Positions 12,365 through 22,148 of a DNA stretch of 64,000 nucleotides are shown here, piece after piece; the stretch's first letter is position 1, and every line of letters begins with the position of its first letter. A program made the translations under genes and the position numbers. Under the pieces are notes generated by a model. It saw only the letters and a program-made list of their open reading frames with translations, had not been told where the DNA came from and did not search any database. Source of the stretch: Candidatus Kapaibacterium sp. (GTDB taxonomy: Bacteria > Bacteroidota > Ignavibacteria > Kapaibacteriales > UBA2268); the NCBI GenBank assembly GCA_963664875.1, contig OY761611.1:2944001-3008000 (forward strand). The letters run 5' to 3'.

Positions 12365-12407
12365 TCTGCTAACTGCAGAATATGGACTAATCTTAATAGG
12401 TGGTAAA

Positions 12408-12593
12408 ATGGGTAAACTAAAAATTACTCAAGTAAAAAGTATAATTAAAACTAAAAAGAAGCAAAAGCTTACGATTGAAGCATTAGGACTCGGAAGACCG
12501 AACTACTCTAATGTGTTGCCGGATAATGTACAAACACGCGGCATGATCGAAGTGGTAAAACATTTAGTTAATGTTGAAGAAGTTTCTGAATAA
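12408..12593 (+). CDS. rpmD: 50S ribosomal protein L30 (start moved to ATG 12408)
   Basis: KLKITQVKS...ALGL...RGMIEVVKHLV. Confidence 0.95.
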   Translation: MGKLKITQVKSIIKTKKKQKLTIEALGLGRPNYSNVLPDNVQTRGMIEVVKHLVNVEEVSE

Positions 12594-12609
12594 TATAAGA
12601 AGTTAATAG

Positions 12610-13071
12610 ATGAAACATATAGGTAATCTTCAGTATTCAGAAGGGGCTAAACACAAGAAGAAAAGAATAGCCCGCGGACCCGGCTCTGGTCATGGTGGTA
12701 CATCTACTCGAGGACATAAAGGTCAGAAATCTCGCTCAGGTGCGAAGATCTCTCCGTCTTTCGAGGGTGGACAAATGCCGATCAACCGCCGTATTCCAAA
12801 GTTTGGTTTCACTAATATATTTAGAAAAGAATACCAAACAGTTAATGTCGGTACTTTGCAAGAATTAGCCGAAAACAATAAATTCGAAGGCGGCAAAGTA
12901 GATTTTAACGTATTGTTTGATCTTGGTATCATCAATAAAAAGTCTCTACCTTTGAAAGTATTAGGTAACGGTGAGCTAAGTGTTGCTCTTACCGTAGAGG
13001 CCGACAAATTTTCTAAACAAGCAAAAGAGAAAATTGAGTCTGCAGGAGGGACAGTAGTAAACAATGGCTAG
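12610..13071 (+). CDS. rplO: 50S ribosomal protein L15
   Basis: RGHKGQKSRSG, FEGGQMP, KVLGNG. Confidence 0.98.
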   Translation: MKHIGNLQYSEGAKHKKKRIARGPGSGHGGTSTRGHKGQKSRSGAKISPSFEGGQMPINRRIPKFGFTNIFRKEYQTVNVGTLQELAENNKFEGGKVDFNVLFDLGIINKKSLPLKVLGNGELSVALTVEADKFSKQAKEKIESAGGTVVNNG

Positions 13072-14416
13072 TTTCGTACAAACACTCCAGAATATTTTTA
13101 AGATTGACGAACTAAAACAAAGACTTACGTTTACGTTAATAATTTTGTTTGTTGTTCGTATAGGCGCACACATAACTATACCGGGTGTAGATATTAACGC
13201 ATTGCAGGCTTCTATAGCAAGCAATGATTCTAACACATTATTTGGTTTATTCGACTTGTTTGTAGGTGGTGCGTTTTCAAATGCTGCAATATTTGCTCTT
13301 GGCATCATGCCATATATCACAGCATCTATCATATTTCAGCTCGCCGGTGTGGTGATTCCTGAAATTCAGAAATTGCAGCGTGAAGAAGAGGGTAGAAGAA
13401 AGATTAATCAATATACCAGATGGGTTACAGTTGCCATTGCTGCATTGCAAGGGTGGGGTGTGTCTATCAAGTTAGCTTCTCAGACTGCCGGCAACATACC
13501 GGTTGTGCCTGAAGCAGGTATAATATTTACTATTTCTACTATGATAATTTTGTCTGCAGGTACGATATTCATGATGTGGTTAGGCGAACTAATCACTGAA
13601 AGAGGTATCGGTAATGGTATTTCGCTTATTATCTTTATTGGTATTATTGCTCGTTTGCCAATGTCTTTGATACAAGAGTATCAATTGATTACTTCCGATC
13701 CGAACCCGGCAGGTAAGTTGATTGTAGATGGTATTTTGATTGTCGGTCTGGTTGCCATCATAGCAGCTGTAGTCTATGTGACTCAGGGTGCAAGAAGAAT
13801 ACCGGTACAGTATGCAAAACGTCAAATCGGAAGAAAAGTATTCGGTGGTACGACTCAATATATTCCATTGCGTGTTAATACTGCAGGCGTTATGCCAATT
13901 ATCTTTGCACAATCTTTGATGTTTATACCAAACACTATACAACAATTTTTCCCTGAAAGCCAATTTATAGCAAAAGCTGCTGGTTTATTCTCGCATGAGT
14001 CTTTCTTTTATGCTTTTGTTTATGGTTTGATTATTGTGTTCTTTACTTATTTCTATACTGCTATCATTTTCAATCCAAAAGATATTGCTTCTAATATGAA
14101 GAAACAGGGTGGATTTATTCCTGGTATCAGACCTGGAACAGCTACAGAAGACTATGTGGATAGAATTATTACCCGCATTACCTTGCCTGGCTCTATCTTT
14201 TTGGCTATTGTAGCTATTTTGCCAACGTTTGTAATCAATATTTTCTCAGTTCCTCCCGGATTTGCACAATTCTTTGGTGGTACTTCGCTATTGATTATGG
14301 TTGGTGTAGCTCTTGATACATTGCAGCAAATAGAATCATATTTATTGATGCGTCACTATGATGGCTTCATGAAGAGCGGCAAAATGAAAGGAAGAGTTGG
14401 CGTAGGTGGGTTCTAA
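13064..14416 (+). CDS. secY: Preprotein translocase subunit SecY
   Basis: ALGIMPYITASII, GIGNGISLII, GGFIPGIRPG, GGTSLLI. Confidence 0.99.
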   Translation: MASFVQTLQNIFKIDELKQRLTFTLIILFVVRIGAHITIPGVDINALQASIASNDSNTLFGLFDLFVGGAFSNAAIFALGIMPYITASIIFQLAGVVIPEIQKLQREEEGRRKINQYTRWVTVAIAALQGWGVSIKLASQTAGNIPVVPEAGIIFTISTMIILSAGTIFMMWLGELITERGIGNGISLIIFIGIIARLPMSLIQEYQLITSDPNPAGKLIVDGILIVGLVAIIAAVVYVTQGARRIPVQYAKRQIGRKVFGGTTQYIPLRVNTAGVMPIIFAQSLMFIPNTIQQFFPESQFIAKAAGLFSHESFFYAFVYGLIIVFFTYFYTAIIFNPKDIASNMKKQGGFIPGIRPGTATEDYVDRIITRITLPGSIFLAIVAILPTFVINIFSVPPGFAQFFGGTSLLIMVGVALDTLQQIESYLLMRHYDGFMKSGKMKGRVGVGGF

Positions 14417-14418
14417 TA

Positions 14419-15228
14419 ATGGCTAAAAGACGCGAATATACTGACGATTTTGTAAACATAAAAAATCAATCAGACATTAGTAAAATTGAAAAAGCCTGCC
14501 GTATTGTAGCAGAAACATTCAATACTATAAAGCCGCTTATGCGACCTGGTATCAGTACTTTGGAAATAGATGCAGTGGCTGAAGACTATATTCGCTCAAA
14601 AAATGCCAGACCTGCCTTCAAAGGTTATGAAGTCGAAGGTAAGTTCTTTCCCGGAACTCTGTGCATATCAATAAATGAAGAAGTAGTTCATGGTATCCCT
14701 TCTGATAGAATTCTAAAAGAGGGTGATATCGTAAGCGTGGACTGCGGAGCAGAATTAGATGGGTATTTTGGCGACAGTGCTGTAACTTACGGTATCGGGC
14801 AAATAAGCCCGGAAAACGAAAAGTTGATGCAAGTTACAAACGAATCGCTGTTTAAAGGTATAGAACAGGCTGTGGCAGGCAATAAACTTTATGATATTTC
14901 CAAAGCGATACAAGACCATTGCGAAAGTAACGGTTATTCGCTTACACGGGAATTAGTCGGTCACGGGATAGGCAGAAATCTACACGAAGAGCCCCCGGTG
15001 CCAAATTTTGTACCACCATTGCTTTACCGGTCAAGATACCCAAATATTAAATTAAGAAATGGTATTGCTTTGGCGATCGAGCCGATGGTTCATAGAGGAA
15101 AGAAAGAGATTAGATCGCTACAAGACGGTTGGACCATCGTAACAGCAGACAAAAGCACTGCTGCTCACTTTGAGCATACAATCATAATTCAAAACGACAA
15201 AGCATTGATACTAACACTTAGAGATTAA
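14419..15228 (+). CDS. map: Type I methionine aminopeptidase
   Basis: NEEVVHGIP, GDSA, GHGIG, IEPM, AHFEHT. Confidence 0.97.
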   Translation: MAKRREYTDDFVNIKNQSDISKIEKACRIVAETFNTIKPLMRPGISTLEIDAVAEDYIRSKNARPAFKGYEVEGKFFPGTLCISINEEVVHGIPSDRILKEGDIVSVDCGAELDGYFGDSAVTYGIGQISPENEKLMQVTNESLFKGIEQAVAGNKLYDISKAIQDHCESNGYSLTRELVGHGIGRNLHEEPPVPNFVPPLLYRSRYPNIKLRNGIALAIEPMVHRGKKEIRSLQDGWTIVTADKSTAAHFEHTIIIQNDKALILTLRD

Positions 15229-15234
15229 AGTGAT

Positions 15235-15453
15235 ATGGCAAAACAAGAACTTATCAGAGCAGACGGTATAATACAGGAAACCTTGCCAAATACACAATTT
15301 TTAGTTAAATTGGATAATGGTCATACTCTCCTTGCTCATATATCAGGCAAGATGAGAATGAACTTTATAAAGATTTTGCAGGGCGATAAAGTAACCGTAG
15401 AGCTCTCTCCATACGACTTGTCTAAAGGCAGAATCGTTTATAGATATAAATAA
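15235..15453 (+). CDS. infA: Translation initiation factor IF-1
   Basis: [23 protein letters not shown]. Confidence 0.98.
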   Translation: MAKQELIRADGIIQETLPNTQFLVKLDNGHTLLAHISGKMRMNFIKILQGDKVTVELSPYDLSKGRIVYRYK

Positions 15454-15481
15454 TTTAAAAACTATAGAATAGCAAGTAGCG

Positions 15482-15598
15482 ATGAAAGTACAAGCTTCAG
15501 TTAAGAAAAGAAACCCTGACGATAAAATAGTTCGTCGTAAAGGTAGAATCTATATTATTAACAAGAAAAATCCTCGTTTCAAACAAAGACAAGGATAA
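15482..15598 (+). CDS. rpmJ: 50S ribosomal protein L36, Cys-free form (not in ORF track)
   Basis: Translated by hand: [38 protein letters not shown]; between infA and rpsM. Confidence 0.97.
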   Translation: MKVQASVKKRNPDDKIVRRKGRIYIINKKNPRFKQRQG

Positions 15599-15617
15599 TT
15601 TATAAAGGAGAAGTATT

Positions 15618-15992
15618 GTGGCTCGTATAGCTGGTATTGACTTGCCTAAAAATAAACGCGGCGATATAGCTCTAACCTACATCTTTGGTATCGGACACAC
15701 AACTGCTGCTAAAATCCTTGATGAAGCATCAGTGGATCATGCCAAAAGAGTACAAGAATGGTCAGATGACGAAGTTTCGAATATCCGTCAGGTCATAGAT
15801 GAAATCCTTGTAGAAGGTCAGTTACGCTCCGAAATCCAAATGAATATCAAACGTCTAATGGATATTGGATGCTATAGAGGTTTGCGCCACAGAAGAGGTC
15901 TGCCTGTACGTGGTCAGAGAACTCGTACTAACTCGAGAACTCGTAAAGGTCGCAAGAAAACAGTTGCAGGCAAAAAGAAAGTTGTTAAATAG
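15618..15992 (+). CDS. rpsM: 30S ribosomal protein S13 (GTG start)
   Basis: [26 protein letters not shown]. Confidence 0.98.
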   Translation: MARIAGIDLPKNKRGDIALTYIFGIGHTTAAKILDEASVDHAKRVQEWSDDEVSNIRQVIDEILVEGQLRSEIQMNIKRLMDIGCYRGLRHRRGLPVRGQRTRTNSRTRKGRKKTVAGKKKVVK

Positions 15993-16058
15993 TAGTTTAG
16001 CAGCATAATCTTTTAAATTTTAAAAGGTTTCGTAAATAATTTGGATAGGTAAACATCC

Positions 16059-16439
16059 GTGGCTAAGAAAAAACAAAAAAAGAAAGTTGTAGCGGACGTA
16101 CATGGTAAAGCTTATATCAGAGCAACGTTTAATAACGTGCAGGTAACTATTGCTGACATGTACGGTAACGCTTTGTGTTGGTCATCTGCCGGCAGAAACG
16201 GATTTAAAGGCTCTAAAAAGAATACTCCGTATGCTGCTCAGGTTTCGGCCGAAAAAGCAGCAAAAGAAGCCTATGATATGGGGCTTCGCAAAGTAGATGT
16301 TGTTGTAAAAGGTCCGGGCTCAGGTCGCGAAGCTGCAGTGCGCGCTTTGACTCAAGCAGGATTGGAAATCCACAGCATCATCGATAAAACACCTATACCT
16401 CATAATGGATGTCGTCCGCCAAAACGCAGAAGAGTATAA
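16059..16439 (+). CDS. rpsK: 30S ribosomal protein S11 (GTG start)
   Basis: [27 protein letters not shown]. Confidence 0.98.
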   Translation: MAKKKQKKKVVADVHGKAYIRATFNNVQVTIADMYGNALCWSSAGRNGFKGSKKNTPYAAQVSAEKAAKEAYDMGLRKVDVVVKGPGSGREAAVRALTQAGLEIHSIIDKTPIPHNGCRPPKRRRV

Positions 16440-16492
16440 GTTTTGGGGTGTTTTCTATATTTTTAGTTTGAAAAATCCGGCAAATATATTTT

Positions 16493-17503
16493 ATGAATAC
16501 TCAATTGCAAATGCCCGATAGGGTTCACATTGAAGATGCATCGTCTGATTTTCACGGCAGATTTATTATGCAGCCGTTAGAAGGCGGGTATGGAGTTACT
16601 ATCGGTAACTCTCTTAGAAGAGTATTACTTTCTTCTATCCCCGGTGCGGCTATTATTGGTGTTAAAATCACTGACGTTTTACATGAATTCCAAACAATCG
16701 ATGGCGTCATGGAAGATATGTCAGAGATTATCCTTAATTTGAAAGAAGTTGCTCTCAAAACAAACGAGAAAAAACCGTTTAGAGTAATGTTCCATCTTAA
16801 AGGACCAGGCACCTGGACTGCTAAGGATATCAACGAAGCTTCTGACTTGATAGAAGTAATGGATCCTGATAAGCATATCGCCACTCTTGCTGATGATGCC
16901 GAGTTCGATGTTGAGCTTAGAATTGGCAAAGGGAAAGGCTATGTGCCTTCAGAGGAACAGCAAATGGTGGATTTCCCTGTCGGGATGCTACCAATTGATG
17001 CTATTTTTACTCCAATTAAAAATGTGATTTATAAAATCGATCCTCATCGCGTGGGGCATAGAACTGACTATGAAAAACTTACGCTTGATGTCAAAACTGA
17101 CGGCACTATTTCCGCTCAGGAAGCTGTGCACCAAGCCGCTAAGATCATGAATGATCATATTAAGTTCTTTATCAATTTCGACGAATTCGAAGAAGAGCAA
17201 CAACAACTCGAAATCGAAGAAGAAGAAGTAAAAGCTGCAGAACGTAATCGTTTGAGAAAAATTCTGCTTACCCCTGTAGATGAATTAGAGCTTTCTGTCA
17301 GAGCACATAACTGCCTGAAAGCTGCTAATATTAAAAATATGGCTGAGCTGGTTAGACTTCAAGAATCTGAATTGTTAAAATTCAGAAACTTCGGTAAAAA
17401 GTCTTTGACTGAGTTGTCTGATGTTGTTGTTCAGTTCGGTCTTGAATTCGGTATGAATGTAGATCATTATTTGAAAGATGACAAAAGTACCGTAAACGAA
17501 TAA
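16493..17503 (+). CDS. rpoA: RNA polymerase alpha subunit
   Basis: GNSLRRVLLSSIPG, LELSVRAHNCL, RNFGKKSL. Confidence 0.98.
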   Translation: MNTQLQMPDRVHIEDASSDFHGRFIMQPLEGGYGVTIGNSLRRVLLSSIPGAAIIGVKITDVLHEFQTIDGVMEDMSEIILNLKEVALKTNEKKPFRVMFHLKGPGTWTAKDINEASDLIEVMDPDKHIATLADDAEFDVELRIGKGKGYVPSEEQQMVDFPVGMLPIDAIFTPIKNVIYKIDPHRVGHRTDYEKLTLDVKTDGTISAQEAVHQAAKIMNDHIKFFINFDEFEEEQQQLEIEEEEVKAAERNRLRKILLTPVDELELSVRAHNCLKAANIKNMAELVRLQESELLKFRNFGKKSLTELSDVVVQFGLEFGMNVDHYLKDDKSTVNE

Positions 17504-17538
17504 TTTATTTAAGTAACTAATTGATCTGAGTATAAGTT

Positions 17539-18186
17539 ATGAGACACGGAAAACGCGGTGTAAAGCTTAATAGAACAAGCAGCCACAGAAAAGCTCTTAT
17601 GCGTAGTTTGGCTACTGCTTTATTCGAGCATAAAAAAATCGCTACTACTGAAGTTAAGGCTAAAGCGCTCAGACCTTTTGCTGAAAGACTTATTACTAAA
17701 GCTAAAAAAGCTTTGGCTCGTGAAAAACAAGGTCTGCTCCCTGAAGGTCAAACAGTAGATATTCATAATAGAAGAGTTGTCTTCAAAGTAATCAAAAATA
17801 AAGCTGTCCTACAGGAACTTTTTGATGCTATCGCTCCTGCTGTTGAAAGTCGTAACGGTGGTTACACTCGTATTATCAAAACAGGACAAAGAAGAGGCGA
17901 CGGCGCTAGAACTGCTATCATCGAATTAGTAGATTGGTCTGCTGAGCAAGATGGTGCTGTTTCTATCAAACCAAAAAAGAAATCACAACCTAAAAAAGTA
18001 ACTCCTAAAGTTGAAGTTAAGGTTACTCCTGTTGTGGAAGAAAAAGTTGAAGAAGTTATCGAAACTCCTGCTGAAGAAGTAGTAGCTAATGAAGAAGTTG
18101 CTGAAACTGCAGCTCCTGAAGTTGAAGCTAACGAAGAAATCAAAGCAGAAGAAGAAAACACTGAAGACAAAAAAGAAGAAAACTAA
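17539..18186 (+). CDS. rplQ: 50S ribosomal protein L17 with internal insertion and acidic C-terminal tail
   Basis: MRH...LNRTSSHRKAL, RNGGYTRI, RRGDGA. Confidence 0.97.
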   Translation: MRHGKRGVKLNRTSSHRKALMRSLATALFEHKKIATTEVKAKALRPFAERLITKAKKALAREKQGLLPEGQTVDIHNRRVVFKVIKNKAVLQELFDAIAPAVESRNGGYTRIIKTGQRRGDGARTAIIELVDWSAEQDGAVSIKPKKKSQPKKVTPKVEVKVTPVVEEKVEEVIETPAEEVVANEEVAETAAPEVEANEEIKAEEENTEDKKEEN

Positions 18187-18216
18187 TATTGTATCTTCGA
18201 AAATAGCTGAAAATGT

Positions 18217-18250
18217 AAAGTGCCAAATGTTATTTGTTTGGCACTTTTTA
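18217..18250 (+). terminator. Intrinsic terminator of the ribosomal superoperon
   Basis: AAAGTGCCAAA-N9-TTTGGCACTTT hairpin with T tail, about 30 nt after rplQ stop. Confidence 0.8.
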
Positions 18251-18513
18251 TTTATTTTGTAAAAGCAAGTTATTGAAATTATGAAGCCTTTGCAATTGCA
18301 GTCAAATTGAGACGGTATAGTTCACTGCATTATATCACAATTTTGTTCGTCTGATAAATGCGAGTCAAACGAAAGATGTACCGAACTTAGCAAATTACCG
18401 AGCAAAGACGAGTTAAAGTATCTGAAGTGTCAGTTTCTTCAATTTGCATTAAGTATCCACTTCAGAGTTTCAATACTCAGTGGGCAGATTACTTTGTGAT
18501 TTATGGTATCTAC

Positions 18514-20460
18514 TTAGCTTATAGGTAGAGTAAAGAAGAATCTGCTTCCTTTACCAGGAGTGCTCTCGACTCCAATATTACCCCCATGCTTCTCTACAAA
18601 CTCTCTACAAAGAATTAGTCCTAAACCAGTTCCGTTTTCATTGTTAGTGCCGGGCATAGAAACAGCTGATGCTAATTTAAAGAGCTTATTTTTTACATCT
18701 TCGCTCATGCCGATACCATTGTCTTCGATAGACACTTCTACATAAGCTTCCGATAATTTTGATCTGATTAGAACGCTACCATCTTGATTAGTATATTTTA
18801 CAGCATTTGATACCAGATTTCGAATTACAGTAGTAATCATGTTTACATCAATATTTGCGAATGATCCGCTGCTAATTTCGTTTACGATATGAATCCCTTT
18901 TGCTTCAGCAGATATAGACAGTGTATTTTTTACATTTTCTGCTATAAATGAAAGATCAGTCGCTTCAGGTGCAAATGAAATATCACCTTTTTGAGAACGC
19001 GACCATTGCAAAAGGTTTTCGATAAGGTTGACTAAGTTTTTAGAGCTATTGTTAAGTAGCTCAATAAATTCTTTCCTTTCATTGTCCTCAAAAGAATCAT
19101 AGTCTTTGCGAAGAGTATCGGTCAATAAACTGAAACTTCCAATAGGACTTTTAAGATCGTGAGCAATTATAGAAAAGAACTTATCTTTCAACGCATTCGA
19201 TTTTTTGAGCTCAGCCTCTGATTCTTTGATTTTATTTACTGCAAGGGTTCTTTCCGTGTTGTCGTGCGATACAAGCAGAGCTCTGTCGTTGCTGATTTTG
19301 GATACTCTGCCTTGGAACCAAAGTTTCTTGTTGTTAATTTCCAGTGGATAATCGAATATTTGAATTGTATTTTGCTGTATTGCATTTTTGATGTTTAGTA
19401 TTACCGTATCAGCTAAGTTTTTTTCCAAAACATCGTAAACAGATTTGCCTAAGAGTTCACTTCTCGGTTTGACAAGTAAAGATTCGTTTGTTGGGGCAAT
19501 ATTTAGATAAACACCTTCTAAATTATACTCGATAACGATATCTTTCATAGCTCCAAACATGGCTTTGAGTTGTTTCTCGTTCTCGATTACTCGCAGGTAT
19601 GTCTTGACTAATAGCCCTATAAGAAGTGAAATAATAACAGCACTAAAATAAAGGAACATCAGCAAAGATTTTTCGTTTTCACCATATATTTCCCAGCCAG
19701 CCTTTGGAGTGGCTGCAATAAGCCAGCTGCCTGTAGGTAATACCATCTGAATAGTTACGGGATCTTTGGCAAAAACTGTTGAATCGCCCCAAATCACATT
19801 ACCTGCAGCACCAAGTCCATCGTGTCCTTTTACAGAGTAATCTAATATGTCTTTTTGATTCTCAAGACCTGCTTCTCTAAACAGCATATCTCTACGCACT
19901 ACTATATCTGTAACTCCCCAAAAGTCTCCGTTTCTTTCTCCGTTTTTATAAAAAATAGGAGTGTAGCTGACAAAGGCAATGCCACCTTCGACAAGCTCGA
20001 CAGGGCCGGCTACAAATGTATTGTGAGTTTCAATCGTTTTTTCTACAATTTCACGTCGGGCAGGGTGCGAAAGCAAATCGAGACCAACAGCCTCTTCATG
20101 GCCCTTATATGGGTAAATAGAGCTAATCACGCCGTCTTTTGCTATAGACATTGTGTTTATAAGAGAATCGTTCTGAATCAGCTCATGTGCGAGTTCCTGA
20201 AAATTAAGATGGTTGATTTCCGGATTTAGCGAAATATACGCGGCAACACCTTTTGTATAATATATTCTAGAGTAAAGAGCTTTCTCCAATCTCGATTTTT
20301 TTGTGCTTAGAAGCTCATATACTTTTTCGCGTTCAGTTTTGGTTTTCTTGTGTTGAGCATATTCGGTGAATTCGAAAATGCTGTAGAATGAGACAATTAG
20401 AAGCAACACTGTGCTTAAAATAGGAAGAAGGCTTGATTTGTTATTGTAAGTGTTTTTCAA
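18514..20460 (-). CDS. Membrane sensor histidine kinase (CHASE + PAS + HisKA + HATPase)
   Basis: Two TM segments flanking CHASE-like AGPVELVEGG; IAHDLKSP, NLVSNAVKY, DNGIG, GTGLGL. Confidence 0.88.
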   Translation of the reverse strand: MKNTYNNKSSLLPILSTVLLLIVSFYSIFEFTEYAQHKKTKTEREKVYELLSTKKSRLEKALYSRIYYTKGVAAYISLNPEINHLNFQELAHELIQNDSLINTMSIAKDGVISSIYPYKGHEEAVGLDLLSHPARREIVEKTIETHNTFVAGPVELVEGGIAFVSYTPIFYKNGERNGDFWGVTDIVVRRDMLFREAGLENQKDILDYSVKGHDGLGAAGNVIWGDSTVFAKDPVTIQMVLPTGSWLIAATPKAGWEIYGENEKSLLMFLYFSAVIISLLIGLLVKTYLRVIENEKQLKAMFGAMKDIVIEYNLEGVYLNIAPTNESLLVKPRSELLGKSVYDVLEKNLADTVILNIKNAIQQNTIQIFDYPLEINNKKLWFQGRVSKISNDRALLVSHDNTERTLAVNKIKESEAELKKSNALKDKFFSIIAHDLKSPIGSFSLLTDTLRKDYDSFEDNERKEFIELLNNSSKNLVNLIENLLQWSRSQKGDISFAPEATDLSFIAENVKNTLSISAEAKGIHIVNEISSGSFANIDVNMITTVIRNLVSNAVKYTNQDGSVLIRSKLSEAYVEVSIEDNGIGMSEDVKNKLFKLASAVSMPGTNNENGTGLGLILCREFVEKHGGNIGVESTPGKGSRFFFTLPIS

Positions 20461-20560
20461 AGTAGTTTCACTCTTTTATGTTCAATTTTGAAAACGAATT
20501 TATAATCTTTGACTGTACCGAGCAAATTATATTTTTGTCTATTCAAATAATCGAATTAGT

Positions 20561-21859
20561 CTATTCTTTACTGATTGATTTTGTTTTTATGGAAGATATC
20601 ATAACATATATTGACCATAGCAAAAGCACAATCCCGATAGCAAAAACGCCTGAATAATCAAAATATTCTAATAACCAAATGCCGAACAGAGGCCCGAAGA
20701 CAGCTCGAAATCCTACCATCGTAAGATGTATAGATTGATACTCAGCAGCATTTTCGTCTTTGCAAAAATATGCAGAACCAATATTCCACAATAACGGCAT
20801 CGTTGCAGCAAATAGTCCGTTAAATCCGAAAGAAATAAGAAGCAGGAAGTAAAATTTGTATGCACCTATTTCTATAGACCATGGGAAATATTCTGTGAGC
20901 AATAGAAATAAAAGATGGAATGCAAGAGTTGCAAATGTAAAAGCACCAAATTTACGAGGATCCATTTTGTCTATTAGTTTGCCAAAAAAAGGCAGGGTAG
21001 CTATTGCAATTAGATTGTAAGAGTTTTTGTAGAAAGCCAGGCTTTTATATCCGAGGTCTAATTCTTTGGCAAGAAACAAAGATATAACTGCAACTGTCAT
21101 CATAAAAGAAAAACCATAAATCATAAAGGCAAATTCGAAATCTCTATAGGGTTTGTTTTTTTTAACGATTGAGATAAGATTAGGCATGGAAGCTTTGACA
21201 GATTCTATAATAGTCCTATTTGTAACGTGACCTGCCATATAGTCCTTTTTGACTGCAAATGAAAGAAGAAATACTGAGATAATACCTACGATAGAGATAA
21301 ATGGGTAAACGTAAGTATAGGCAAAGTTATCATACTCTAAAAGTTCACCAAATGCGAAAGTAGCCAAAAGCATCATTACTTTATTGGCACTTGTAGCATA
21401 GCTATATAAACTGCCAAAATGCTCAGATTTGTAATTGTTTTTTAGAATGCTGTTGATTATCGGGTTGATAACCGGTGAAGCCAAATAATAGCACAAAAAG
21501 ATGCCTAAAAATGCTGCATGATAAAACAGCATTTGCTCAGAGGCAAGAAGTTCTTTTGGGAAAAATGCAACTGCAAATAGAGGAAGTCTTGTTAAAAGTG
21601 CAACTAAGCGAAGTATATTTTTCTTTTTATATTTTTTGATAATCTCATAGATGAATACCGAAAAGACAAATACGATCATACTGAACTGGAATAGGACTGC
21701 GAGCAGAAATTCGGAACCCTGAAGACTTTTGATAAAGACAAACTCATTGAGTACCACTACTCCAAGCACGATGCCTTCTATGATAGAATAAATCAAGTGT
21801 AAAGAAAAAATCTTGCGTTCGTTACTTCCAAGTTCCTGCAATTTCACCGGAAACCCCAT
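20561..21859 (-). CDS. MFS transporter (start moved to ATG 21859, downstream of the tRNA terminator)
   Basis: About 12 hydrophobic segments; motif-A-like FFGKLIDKMDPRK. Confidence 0.75.
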   Translation of the reverse strand: MGFPVKLQELGSNERKIFSLHLIYSIIEGIVLGVVVLNEFVFIKSLQGSEFLLAVLFQFSMIVFVFSVFIYEIIKKYKKKNILRLVALLTRLPLFAVAFFPKELLASEQMLFYHAAFLGIFLCYYLASPVINPIINSILKNNYKSEHFGSLYSYATSANKVMMLLATFAFGELLEYDNFAYTYVYPFISIVGIISVFLLSFAVKKDYMAGHVTNRTIIESVKASMPNLISIVKKNKPYRDFEFAFMIYGFSFMMTVAVISLFLAKELDLGYKSLAFYKNSYNLIAIATLPFFGKLIDKMDPRKFGAFTFATLAFHLLFLLLTEYFPWSIEIGAYKFYFLLLISFGFNGLFAATMPLLWNIGSAYFCKDENAAEYQSIHLTMVGFRAVFGPLFGIWLLEYFDYSGVFAIGIVLLLWSIYVMISSIKTKSISKE

Positions 21860-21908
21860 GCATAGTAATTGCTTCAGTATTGCAATAATAGAGATTCGCT
21901 CTCTAAAC

Positions 21909-21942
21909 AAAAAAAGCAACTTCCTGAATAAAGAAAGTTGCT
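21909..21942 (-). terminator. Intrinsic terminator downstream of tRNA-fMet
   Basis: AGCAACTT...AAGTTGCT hairpin followed by T run on minus strand. Confidence 0.7.
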
Positions 21943-21956
21943 ATTGCTTTGGTGAG

Positions 21957-22029
<73 letters not shown>

Positions 22030-22042
22030 ATGTTTTGTGATA

Positions 22043-22050
22043 CAAATATA
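22043..22050 (-). promoter_or_regulatory. Bacteroidota-type -7 box (TATATTTG) for the tRNA
   Basis: Matches TAnnTTTG, 14 nt upstream of tRNA 5' end; same octamer at 26223-26230 upstream of ispF. Confidence 0.6.
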
Positions 22051-22148
22051 GATAAAATTTCTGAAAAATAAAAACTTTTTTGCTATTTTATTTTTTTCAC
22101 ATTTTACTATATTACCATTTATTGAAATCAATAAACATTGGATCTCAT

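Noticed and set aside
14416-14419. No adk between secY and map
   Set aside because: secY-map-infA is a common arrangement in FCB-group bacteria.
610-18170. Many minus-strand ORFs of 60-125 aa inside the ribosomal operon
   Set aside because: Antisense shadows of well-supported genes with no recognisable motifs.
18250-18513. 260-nt spacer between rplQ terminator and the CHASE kinase, considered as ncRNA or small ORF
   Set aside because: A stop-free frame of about 60 codons has no start codon, and I could not recognise any RNA family or convincing structure.
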